64,000 nucleotides of DNA from an uncultured Clostridium sp. (lineage in GTDB: Bacteria > Bacillota > Clostridia > TANB77 > CAG-508). Position 1 is the first letter of the stretch. Every line of letters starts with the position of its first letter. Shown here in pieces: positions 1-8,405 of the stretch. Location: NCBI GenBank assembly GCA_947244325.1, contig CAMXJY010000011.1:550-64549 (forward strand), read 5' to 3'. The notes under the pieces are model-generated. The model did no database searches. It was not told the DNA's origin and saw nothing but the letters and a program-made list of their open reading frames with translations. A program made the translations under genes and the position numbers.

Positions 1-252
1 TTTATTTATTTTTTTTTCAACATAAGAATTAGTAACTACTAATTAATTTATTTATATACAACATTAACATAATTTTACTATTATCTATACAAATTTTATT
101 TAATTGGATATTAAAGAAAAAGAAACAAAAATGATATACTTATTTAATAGACTTTTATTTTTAACTAATATATAATTAATTTGTATAAAAATAACTATTT
201 TAGATATATTCACATGTTATTTAATTTTTATCAAAAATGAGGAGAAACACAA

Positions 253-1194
253 ATGAAAGAAGTTTTTGATTTTTATAATAGTACATCAATAAAATCATAC
301 AATTTGGATGATACAATTCGTTATCAATTAAAAATGCTTGATGGTTTAGATGCTTTTACTAGACGTCATTCTGAAAATGTAGCAAATATTACTTGTAGAC
401 TTTGCGAAAAATTAGGAATGTCAAAAGGATTCACAGTATATTGCACAACTTGTGCATATCTACATGATGTTGGAAAAATATTTATTCCACCAGCAGTATT
501 ACAAAAACCTTCAAAATTAACTGATGAAGAATATGAAATAATGAAAACTCATACATCAATTGGTTATAAAATTTGTATGAATGATTTAAAATTAAGACCA
601 TATGCAGCAGGAGCTTTATATCACCATGAATCCTTAGATGGAAGCGGATACCCACATGGAGTTCTTGGTAATAAAATTCCATATGAAGCTCAAATTATAA
701 GGGTAGCTGATGAATTTGAAGCTATAACGGCTAAACGTCAATACAAAACTCACGTTGGAGTTGTAGATGCCTTAAACATTTTAATTGACCACGCTAGACC
801 TACTGTTGCTAAAGATTTTGGAGATGCTGTAAAAAAAGCTAGTCTTGGTGGTGTAGGTAAGATAGATAAAAAAGTGTTAAAAGCTTTATTTAAAGTAATT
901 ATAGATGATACAGAATACGAAATCGTTGCAAGAACAGATTACTTAAACTTCTTAAAAAAAGAAATTAAAAGAATTGATGATGCTAAAAAATATTATTACA
1001 GAATGCAATCTGCTATAACTGAAGACAAAAAAGAATACTATAAAGCAGAAATTAAATGCTATTTAAAACCTCACGAAGATCCTGAAAAAATACCACAAAT
1101 CTTACAAGAATTTGAAGAAGCATATAAAGTTAGAAAAGCTCATATTACAAAATTATATGATGAAGTAAAACAAATCAAAAGATTAAGAATATAA
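253..1194 (+). CDS. HD-GYP domain phosphohydrolase
   Basis: Motifs HSENVA, YLHDVGKI, HHESLDGSGYP, RVADEFEA; GGAG RBS. Confidence 0.85.
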   Translation: MKEVFDFYNSTSIKSYNLDDTIRYQLKMLDGLDAFTRRHSENVANITCRLCEKLGMSKGFTVYCTTCAYLHDVGKIFIPPAVLQKPSKLTDEEYEIMKTHTSIGYKICMNDLKLRPYAAGALYHHESLDGSGYPHGVLGNKIPYEAQIIRVADEFEAITAKRQYKTHVGVVDALNILIDHARPTVAKDFGDAVKKASLGGVGKIDKKVLKALFKVIIDDTEYEIVARTDYLNFLKKEIKRIDDAKKYYYRMQSAITEDKKEYYKAEIKCYLKPHEDPEKIPQILQEFEEAYKVRKAHITKLYDEVKQIKRLRI

Positions 1195-1243
1195 ATATTT
1201 AATAAAATTTTATACATTAAAAATAATTTTCATTATATATGCC

Positions 1244-1279
1244 AAAAAAAGATAATCCATATATAGGATTATCTTTTTT
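1244..1279 (+). terminator. Intrinsic terminator between the convergent HD-GYP gene and proS
   Basis: AAAGATAATCC...GGATTATCTTTTTT hairpin. Confidence 0.7.
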
Positions 1280-1436
1280 ATTTTATAGGAAAGTGCTCCG
1301 CACTTCCTATAAAATAAAGGCTTTGCCAATATTTGTACACAAATTTACTAACGTAAATTTGGCACGCAGAACAAAGACGTGGACATTTGTAATAAGTTTT
1401 TTCTTTTGCAATTTTCATGATGTCCACTTTTGTTCT
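1278..1436. repeat. Modular intergenic REP/MITE-like element, most complete copy
   Basis: Hairpin TTTTATAGGAAAGTGC..GCACTTCCTATAAAA, core TGTACACAAATTTACTAACG, hairpin AGAACAAAGACGTGGAC..GTCCACTTTTGTTCT; modules recur near 15758, 16025, 16103, 21237, 22658, 26808, 27333 and 52167. Confidence 0.85.
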
Positions 1437-1481
1437 TTTCATAAATCTCAAATTTATATTTCATAGAATTTCAATATTTTA

Positions 1482-2918
1482 TTAATATTGTCTACCCCAA
1501 ACTACCATCTTTGTTGCTTTTTTTCCGCAAACTGGGCAAACATCTGCTAAATTTTCTTGCTCAAATGGCATACATCTTGAATGTGCTCCTGTAACTTCTT
1601 TTATTTTATCTTCACAAGCTACATCCCCACACCACATTGTTTTTAAAAATCCTTGATTTTCTTCCATTTGTTTTATCATTTCATCTAATGTGTATGCTAC
1701 AGTTGTTTTTTCTTTTCTTCTTTTTAAACATTCGTTAAACATACTATTTTGAATTTCTTCTAATAAACTTTCTAATCTTTCATTTAATTTTGAAAGTTCT
1801 ACTATCTCTTTTTCTCCATTATCACGTCTTACTAAAACTGCTTGATTATTTTCTAAATCTTTAGGACCTATTTCAACTCTAACTGGTACTCCTCTCATTT
1901 CCCAATCATTGAATTTGAAACCTGTTGAACAATTATCTCTATCATCTAATTTCATTCTAAAATTTTTAGATAAATCTTTATATATTTCTCCTACTTTTTC
2001 TAATACACCTTCTTTATGTTGTGCAATTGGTACTATAACTGCTTGAATTGGAGCTACTCTTGGTGGTAATTTTAATCCTCTATTATCTCCATGAGCCATA
2101 ATAACAGCTCCTATTAATCTTGTACTAATTCCCCAAGATGTTTGATATGCATATTCTTCTTTTCCTTCTCTATTTTGGAATTTTACTTCAAATGGTTTAG
2201 TAAAGTTTTGTCCAAAATAATGTGATGTTCCTGCTTGTAATGCTCTTCCATCATGCATCATTGTTTCAACTGTATATGTGCTATCAGCTCCTGCAAATTG
2301 TTCTTTTGGTGTTTTTCTTCCCTTTAATACTGGTATTGCTAAAAGATTTTCAATAACATCTGCATATATATCAAGCATCATTAAAGTTCTTTCTTCAGCT
2401 TCTTTAGCTGTTTCATGAACTGTATGACCTTCTTGCCATAAAAACTCTCTTGAACGTAAAAATGGTCTTGTTTCTTTTTCCCATCTTAAAACATTACACC
2501 ATTGATTTCCAAGTATTGGTAAATCTCTCCAAGATTTTACCCATTTTGAATACATTGTTGACATCATTGTTTCTGAAGTAGGTCTTATGCAAAGTCTTTC
2601 TTCAAGTTCTTCTCCACCTCCAATAGTAACCCATGCTACTTCTGGAGCAAACCCTTCAACATGATCTTTTTCTTTTTGTAACATACTCTCTGGAATAAGA
2701 ACTGGCATATAAAGATTTGTTACACCAACCTCTTTAAATTTCTTATCTGCATAATTTTGAATGTTCTCCCAAATTGCATATCCATAAGGTCTTATAGCTA
2801 TACAACCTTTTGTATCTGTATAATCTGCAAGTTCTGCCTTTCTTACAACATCTGTATACCATTGTGCAAAATTATCCTCTATATTTGTTATCTCTTTTAC
2901 AAATTCTTCTTTTCCCAT
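1482..2918 (-). CDS. proS: Proline--tRNA ligase (archaeal/eukaryote-type)
   Basis: [32 protein letters not shown] motifs and C-terminal ..RQY; start moved to the ATG at 2918 behind a GGAGG RBS. Confidence 0.97.
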   Translation of the reverse strand: MGKEEFVKEITNIEDNFAQWYTDVVRKAELADYTDTKGCIAIRPYGYAIWENIQNYADKKFKEVGVTNLYMPVLIPESMLQKEKDHVEGFAPEVAWVTIGGGEELEERLCIRPTSETMMSTMYSKWVKSWRDLPILGNQWCNVLRWEKETRPFLRSREFLWQEGHTVHETAKEAEERTLMMLDIYADVIENLLAIPVLKGRKTPKEQFAGADSTYTVETMMHDGRALQAGTSHYFGQNFTKPFEVKFQNREGKEEYAYQTSWGISTRLIGAVIMAHGDNRGLKLPPRVAPIQAVIVPIAQHKEGVLEKVGEIYKDLSKNFRMKLDDRDNCSTGFKFNDWEMRGVPVRVEIGPKDLENNQAVLVRRDNGEKEIVELSKLNERLESLLEEIQNSMFNECLKRRKEKTTVAYTLDEMIKQMEENQGFLKTMWCGDVACEDKIKEVTGAHSRCMPFEQENLADVCPVCGKKATKMVVWGRQY

Positions 2919-2937
2919 ATAATTTAACCTCCAATTT

Positions 2938-3561
2938 TTAAACTTTATTTTCTCCATTTTTAATATCTTCGTCTTCCCTTTCGGGCATTGGAGCCTCCAT
3001 TACATCATCTATTACAATTTGTTCATTTTCATCTAATTTATATCTTGGAAGTTCTGGTAATTCTTCTAAACTTGAAATTCCAAACATTTTCATAAACTTG
3101 CTTGTAACTTTATACATTGTTGGTCTTCCAGGTGCATCTAATTTTCCAGCTTCCTCTATTAAATCAAATTCTAGTAATTTATATACTGTTCCATCTGTAC
3201 TAACACCACGTATTGCTTCAATTTCTGATCTAGTTATATTAGGATTATACGCAATTATAGCTAAAGTCTCTAATGCAGCATTAGAAATATTAGGTTTAGC
3301 TCTATTATCAAATAATGGATATATGTATTCATAATATTCTTTTTTTGTACATAATTGATAATTATCATTAACTTTAATTATTTCAATACCACTGTTTCTA
3401 GCTTCATATTCAGTTTTCATGTTTAAAATAATTTTATCAATATCTTCTGCACCTAGCTCTAAAACGTTCATAATTTCTTTTACACTTACTTCACGTCCAG
3501 CTGCAAAAAGCATTGCTTCAATTATTGATTGTTCTTTGCTAAATTCCATATTATCCTCCAT
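2938..3561 (-). CDS. scpB: SMC-Scp complex subunit ScpB
   Basis: [34 protein letters not shown]. Confidence 0.95.
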   Translation of the reverse strand: MEDNMEFSKEQSIIEAMLFAAGREVSVKEIMNVLELGAEDIDKIILNMKTEYEARNSGIEIIKVNDNYQLCTKKEYYEYIYPLFDNRAKPNISNAALETLAIIAYNPNITRSEIEAIRGVSTDGTVYKLLEFDLIEEAGKLDAPGRPTMYKVTSKFMKMFGISSLEELPELPRYKLDENEQIVIDDVMEAPMPEREDEDIKNGENKV

Positions 3562-3731
3562 AAGTATTATTCTTATATTATTACATGAAATTAAGTGATA
3601 GTCAACTATTAATTTTACTAAAAATCACGCTTTTTCTATTATAACAGCCTATTTTCAATATTTTTTAATTGACATAATATTTTAGCTATGCTATAATAAA
3701 AATGTAGAATTTAATTATGAGGTGATAAAAA

Positions 3732-3929
3732 ATGTCTAAAAAAGATAGTAATAATACAAATAATGATGATATCGAAGTTGTTATCGGTGATGATTCTATA
3801 TTAAACATTTCAGAAGTTGGAGATTGTATGAATGACTTAAGACCAAAAGATTCTGTTAAAAATAAGAAAAAAGTTATAATCCCACTTGCTAAAAAGAAAA
3901 AAGATAACAACAAAAAAGATGAAGATTAG
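3732..3929 (+). CDS. Small hypothetical protein (65 aa)
   Basis: Own TTGACA-17-TATAAT promoter (3669-3697), GAGGTG RBS and terminator 3938-3966. Confidence 0.75.
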   Translation: MSKKDSNNTNNDDIEVVIGDDSILNISEVGDCMNDLRPKDSVKNKKKVIIPLAKKKKDNNKKDED

Positions 3930-3937
3930 TAAATTTT

Positions 3938-3966
3938 AATCCCTAAGTTAAAACTTAGGGATTTTT
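3938..3966 (+). terminator. Intrinsic terminator
   Basis: AATCCCTAAGTT-AA-AACTTAGGGATT followed by T tract. Confidence 0.85.
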
Positions 3967-3989
3967 GTTGCAATATTTGAATTTTTTAC

Positions 3990-4018
3990 TTGACAAACGT
4001 TAATAATACTATTATAAT
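3990..4018 (+). promoter_or_regulatory. Sigma-A promoter of tRNA-Met
   Basis: TTGACA-17 bp-TATAAT. Confidence 0.85.
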
Positions 4019-4038
4019 AATATCTGCTAAGCAATTAT

Positions 4039-4115
4039 GGCGACGTAGCTCAGTTGGCTAGAGCATCCGGTTCATACCCGGCAGGTCGTAAGTTCGAATC
4101 TCACCGTCGCTACCA
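4039..4115 (+). tRNA. tRNA-Met(CAT), elongator type
   Basis: GGCGACG/CGTCGCT acceptor stem, TAGCTCAG D arm, TTCATAC anticodon loop, GTTCGAATC T loop, encoded CCA. Confidence 0.93.
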
Positions 4116-4144
4116 AAAATCCAGTCTAAAGACTGGATTTTTTA
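4116..4144. terminator. Bidirectional intrinsic terminator
   Basis: AAAATCCAGTCT-AA-AGACTGGATTTT. Confidence 0.85.
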
Positions 4145-4158
4145 TTATCTATATTTTG

Positions 4159-5856
4159 TTATTCTCTAAAATCTTCAACAGTTATTTCAATTGAATCTTT
4201 TTGTTCTCCATCTATATACAATTCAATTGTTGCTGTTCCATTTTTTTTAGTTTTTAATTTATCATCTTCTATTACCACTACATTTTCATTAGAAGAAACT
4301 ATTTTATAATTTTCTGGTTTTACTAAAAAATCAATTTCATAATTTTGACCTACAGTTAAATTCAAATTTTCCTCTTTAAAATAATTTATTTCACCAAATA
4401 TACCTATTAAAAAAAGTATCATTATTGGTAACACAATAGAAATATTTTTAATAGTCTTATTTGATATTTTTTTATTATATTTTAATGCACTCTTATAAAT
4501 TGCAGGAAATAGAGATATTCCTAAAATTAAAAATAATGGTTCTACTGTTAAAATCCCACCTAAAATAAAGAATAATGACATAAAATATCTAAATGCATTC
4601 CAAGTACCTTTAAAAAAACTAATTAATATTTCTTTTAAACCTTCTGTCTCTTTTCTTCTTTCATCTTCTTGTAAATCACTTGCATATGAACTATGTAAAT
4701 TTTCTGTAAAATCTTCTTTTTTCTCTTCAAGTGGTGTCACTTCTTCTATTTCTTCCAGCACCTCAGAATTACTTTGAGGAACTCTTTCAATTTTTGGAAA
4801 TTCTGCATTCTTAACTTCCTCTTTTATTATGCTTTTCATGTTCAATTCTTCTTTTGGCTCATTTTCATATACTATATGTGAACTTATCTTAGAATCTTCT
4901 TTTTTCTTTTCAAGTGGTGTTACTTCTTCTATTTCTTCCAGTTTCTCATAATTACTTTGATGAACTTTTTCAATTTTTAAAAATTCTGTATTCTTAACTT
5001 CCTCTTTTATTATACTTTTCATATTCACTTCTTCTTTTAGCTCATTTTCAGATACTATATGTGAATTTACCTTAGAATCTTCTTTTTTCTCTTCAAGTAG
5101 TGTTACTTCTTCTATTTCTTCCAGTTCCTCAGAATTACTTTGAGAAACTCTTTCTAATTTTAGCAATTCTTTTTTCTTTAATTCAAATTCCTCCTCTGTT
5201 ATAGCTCTAATATCTAATAATTCTTTATACTTTTTAATTTCATTAGTTATAGATGTGTTAGTATCTGTATTAATACTCTCATTTTCATATTGTATTAATT
5301 GTAATATAGCATTTATTTCATTAGCAATATATAAAGATTCTACTTTAATATTAATATTAGGATTTACCACCATATCATTTACTGTTATTTGAACAGAATA
5401 ATTAGCATTTTCTCTTTGAGCCGCAATATTTGAAGCAACTATAGTTTTAGATAATCCATCCGATGCGTATATTATTTTCCCATTTTCCTGTATTCTAAAA
5501 TTAATTAAATCAGAGTATGCATACACAATTGTATATTTCTTTTTTATATTACCATTTGAGTCCAACTTTGGAACACACCATAACTTGTTTTTTTCATCAA
5601 TATATATATATTGATAAACTTTTCTACTTAGTATAAATTTATCTAATCTTTTTTTATTTTCTTCTGTAGAAGCTAAATTAGTTATTATTTTATTTTTATA
5701 TATTTTAAAAATTAAAGCAATAATAGCAATAATAACGGCAATTATCATTAATGCAATTGTTCCTATTGCCATAAAATATATTTGCATAAAAAGAACAATA
5801 ATAAATATAATTAAAAGTAAAGTCATTACAAATTTCTCCTTTTGTATTATATTCAA
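4159..5856 (-). CDS. Membrane protein with SHOCT-like motif, 61-aa acidic tandem repeats and C-terminal Ig-like segment
   Basis: N- and C-terminal TM segments; EIKKYKELLD..AITEEEFELKKKELL; about 2.5 repeats; SSNENVVVI..GTATI. Confidence 0.7.
   Translation of the reverse strand: MNIIQKEKFVMTLLLIIFIIVLFMQIYFMAIGTIALMIIAVIIAIIALIFKIYKNKIITNLASTEENKKRLDKFILSRKVYQYIYIDEKNKLWCVPKLDSNGNIKKKYTIVYAYSDLINFRIQENGKIIYASDGLSKTIVASNIAAQRENANYSVQITVNDMVVNPNINIKVESLYIANEINAILQLIQYENESINTDTNTSITNEIKKYKELLDIRAITEEEFELKKKELLKLERVSQSNSEELEEIEEVTLLEEKKEDSKVNSHIVSENELKEEVNMKSIIKEEVKNTEFLKIEKVHQSNYEKLEEIEEVTPLEKKKEDSKISSHIVYENEPKEELNMKSIIKEEVKNAEFPKIERVPQSNSEVLEEIEEVTPLEEKKEDFTENLHSSYASDLQEDERRKETEGLKEILISFFKGTWNAFRYFMSLFFILGGILTVEPLFLILGISLFPAIYKSALKYNKKISNKTIKNISIVLPIMILFLIGIFGEINYFKEENLNLTVGQNYEIDFLVKPENYKIVSSNENVVVIEDDKLKTKKNGTATIELYIDGEQKDSIEITVEDFRE
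4708..5163 (-). repeat. 183-bp intragenic tandem repeat, about 2.5 copies
   Basis: KxExVxQSNxExLEEIEEVTxLExKKED unit with a 61-aa period. Confidence 0.9.
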
Positions 5857-5984
5857 TATATATCATAATATCCTGCATTCTTCAACAGTTCTAACAAATA
5901 ATCTATATTATATTTTCTTATTTTTAGTAAAACTATTGATATAATTAAATAAATCTATTAAAATATAATCATTGGAGGCGTATT

Positions 5985-6590
5985 ATGGCTTTAGAAAATA
6001 AATTAAATATAACTAATGAAGCAGATTTAGCTAGAGAGGAAGAAAAAATCAGTAAAAGAAAAGCTAAAGAACTATTTGAAACAAACTATTTAGAAACTTT
6101 AGAAGCAGGAACTTTTGATGCTTTATCTAAAATTCATAAATATTTATTTAATGATATTTATTATTTTGCTGGAACAATTAGAAAACAAAATATAGCAAAA
6201 GGAAATTTTAGATTTGTTCCTATTACTTATATTAATAATGCTTTAGATAATGTAGAAAAAATGCCTCAATCAAGTTTTGATGAAATTATAGAAAAATATG
6301 TTGAAATGAATATCATTCATCCATTTAGAGAAGGTAATGGAAGAAGCACTCGAATATGGCTTGATTTAATACTAAAAAAAGAACTAAAACTTGTTATAGA
6401 TTGGAGTCAAGTTAATAAAGAGGATTATCTTCTTGCCATGGAACGTAGCCCAATAAAAGATATTGAAATTAAAGAAATATTAAGAAAAGCTTTAACTGAT
6501 AAAATAAATGATAGAGAAGTATATATGAAAGGTATTGATGCAAGTTATCATTATGAAGGATATACTACTTATAAAACTGAAGAATTATAA
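5985..6590 (+). CDS. fic: Class III Fic protein (AMPylase) with C-terminal autoinhibitory helix
   Basis: HPFREGNGRSTR catalytic loop; C-terminal SYHYEG matches (S/T)xxxE(G/N). Confidence 0.92.
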   Translation: MALENKLNITNEADLAREEEKISKRKAKELFETNYLETLEAGTFDALSKIHKYLFNDIYYFAGTIRKQNIAKGNFRFVPITYINNALDNVEKMPQSSFDEIIEKYVEMNIIHPFREGNGRSTRIWLDLILKKELKLVIDWSQVNKEDYLLAMERSPIKDIEIKEILRKALTDKINDREVYMKGIDASYHYEGYTTYKTEEL

Positions 6591-6630
6591 AGAAAAATTA
6601 TATATTTGCAATTTAAACTTTCTAAAAAAC

Positions 6631-6670
6631 AATCGGAAGAATATTTAATTAATTCTTCCGATTATTTTTT
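6631..6670. terminator. Terminator between convergent fic and GH25 genes
   Basis: AATCGGAAGAAT..ATTCTTCCGATT. Confidence 0.8.
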
Positions 6671-6688
6671 TAGCTTAATCCACTATAA

Positions 6689-7927
6689 TTATTTTTTATT
6701 TTTATAATAAATATCTAAATCTACATCTCCTTCAATTCCATCAACACGACCTTTATCACTATTTTGCCATAATATATATTCTTTATCATTTACTACTGGT
6801 GTTTTAGTAGAATATTTTGCTACCCATATTGTATAATCTTTTAATGTAAGCCATGTATTATTCAAATAGTTTTCACTAGCATATAACATAGTATCATATC
6901 CTGCATCTTTTAATCTATTTGAAAAAGCATCATACATTTCATTTAATTCATATAAATTTATTTCTAACTCATTAAAATTTGCCCAGCATTCCCAATCAAA
7001 GCATACTGGAAAATCTAATTTATCTCCATTTAGAGTTTCAATAACAAATTCTGCATTTTCTACTGCTGATTTTGTAGTGTTTGATTCTGAATAAACATAA
7101 ATTCCTACTTTTAATCCTACTTCTTTAGCTTTTTGATAATTATTTTTAAATGTATTATCAATAGCAATTGGAGTATCTTTATTTTTCATAACTCCCATTC
7201 TTAAAATAACAAATTCTACTCCTGCATTTTTTACTTTTTCAAAATCAACTTCACCTTGCCATTTTGAAATATCAATTCCTATCATAGTATCATTAGTTTT
7301 ATAATTTGATATTTGCTCTTCTATATTGATAAAATCGTCATCTTCCTCTTCTTCCTCATCTTCATTTTCAGTATCTTCTTTTTTAGGTTTTTCTTTTACA
7401 TTAACTACTGTGTCTTTTGTAGCTTTATTTCCTGAACTATCTGTAATAACATATTTTATTTTGTATGTTCCTATTTCATTAAAATTAACATTTCCTTCGA
7501 TTTTAAAATCTAATTTTTTATCATAATTATCTGCATAACTTACTTTTTTAGTTAATGATTCTTCATTTCCTTCATTAACATATAAAGTTTTTGTTGATTG
7601 TGCATTAATAAAAATTGGTTTTACATTATCAACAACATTATATTTTATTTCATAAACATATTTTTTTAACTTATATTTATATTCTATTGTAATTGTATGC
7701 TCTCCAACTGTCATATAATCTAACTTTGTATCTTCTGTTAATATCTCCACATTATTACTTTTAATTAAATCATATAAATTAGTTTCATCATATACATCTA
7801 TATCTTCATTTGATATATTAATTTCAGCACCTTTTGGCATTTTATATTTATCATAAAATACAAATACTTTTGCAAGTATTATTGAAATTATTATAATAAT
7901 TCCTATTACTATTATTTTCTTTTTCAT
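6689..7927 (-). CDS. Membrane-anchored GH25 lysozyme with Ig-like domain
   Basis: GIDISKWQG, FDWE, LWQNS..GRVDGI..VDLD; N-terminal TM; GTYKIKYVITDSSGN. Confidence 0.9.
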   Translation of the reverse strand: MKKKIIVIGIIIIISIILAKVFVFYDKYKMPKGAEINISNEDIDVYDETNLYDLIKSNNVEILTEDTKLDYMTVGEHTITIEYKYKLKKYVYEIKYNVVDNVKPIFINAQSTKTLYVNEGNEESLTKKVSYADNYDKKLDFKIEGNVNFNEIGTYKIKYVITDSSGNKATKDTVVNVKEKPKKEDTENEDEEEEEDDDFINIEEQISNYKTNDTMIGIDISKWQGEVDFEKVKNAGVEFVILRMGVMKNKDTPIAIDNTFKNNYQKAKEVGLKVGIYVYSESNTTKSAVENAEFVIETLNGDKLDFPVCFDWECWANFNELEINLYELNEMYDAFSNRLKDAGYDTMLYASENYLNNTWLTLKDYTIWVAKYSTKTPVVNDKEYILWQNSDKGRVDGIEGDVDLDIYYKNKK

Positions 7928-8056
7928 ACATATTCCTTTTATTTAATTAAATTTTAATAAACATATACATGTCTTTCTTATTGTACATACAAATTATATA
8001 TATTATTTCTTGTTTTATCAATAGTTTATTCATATAGCATAAGTAAAAAATATCAT

Positions 8057-8085
8057 TTGACATTTAATCTAAATTAATTTATAAT
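8057..8085 (+). promoter_or_regulatory. Consensus sigma-A promoter of a putative sRNA
   Basis: TTGACA(8057)-17 bp-TATAAT(8080). Confidence 0.8.
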
Positions 8086-8091
8086 TTACTT

Positions 8092-8157
8092 AAATTTATG
8101 AATATAGCTGTTCATATTGTCATTGAATATGTGAGTAACGACACATATTCTTTTTTT
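8092..8157 (+). ncRNA. Putative ~65-nt sRNA complementary to the start region of ORF 8209-8307
   Basis: Consensus promoter, no RBS-led ORF, 5' hairpin ATGAA-TATAGCTG-TTCAT, terminator GAATATGTG..CACATATTC-T7. Confidence 0.65.
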
Positions 8158-8161
8158 ATAT

Positions 8162-8194
8162 AAAAACAGGTGGCTAATGTAACGATACCACCTG
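8162..8194 (-). terminator. Terminator of small ORF 8209-8307
   Basis: CAGGTGG..CCACCTG followed by TTTTT on the - strand. Confidence 0.75.
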
Positions 8195-8208
8195 AACCAT
8201 ACTATGTA

Positions 8209-8307
8209 TTATTTTCTTTCTGATAATTGGTTTTTAAATTCTTGTACTTCTTTTTGTAGTTCTTCAATTTTATGTAATAGTACAAATATTAAGCTATAGC
8301 TGTTCAA
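8209..8307 (-). CDS. Unannotated 32-aa peptide MNSYSLIFVLLHKIEELQKEVQEFKNQLSERK
   Basis: TTG start, AAAGGGG RBS, TTGAAA-17-TATAAT promoter (8383-8355), own terminator. Confidence 0.7.
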   Translation of the reverse strand: MNSYSLIFVLLHKIEELQKEVQEFKNQLSERK

Positions 8308-8405
8308 TACTGTCGCCCCTTTCGTTAGATTACCTAATTACTCAGGTTTCACATATTATACATACCTTATTATATTTTTTCAATACGATATTTTGATGTA
8401 TCTAT

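Noticed and set aside
700-702. AGG as a second shifty codon
   Set aside because: AGG occurs in frame at ordinary Arg positions in intact genes (HD-GYP IIRVAD, Cas9 KRMT).
1239-1466. ORFs 1239-1466, 26711-26932 and 27274-27459 sharing peptide words (e.g. FYRKVLRTSYKIKALP)
   Set aside because: They are translations of the palindromic repeat family, cross terminators and lack an RBS.
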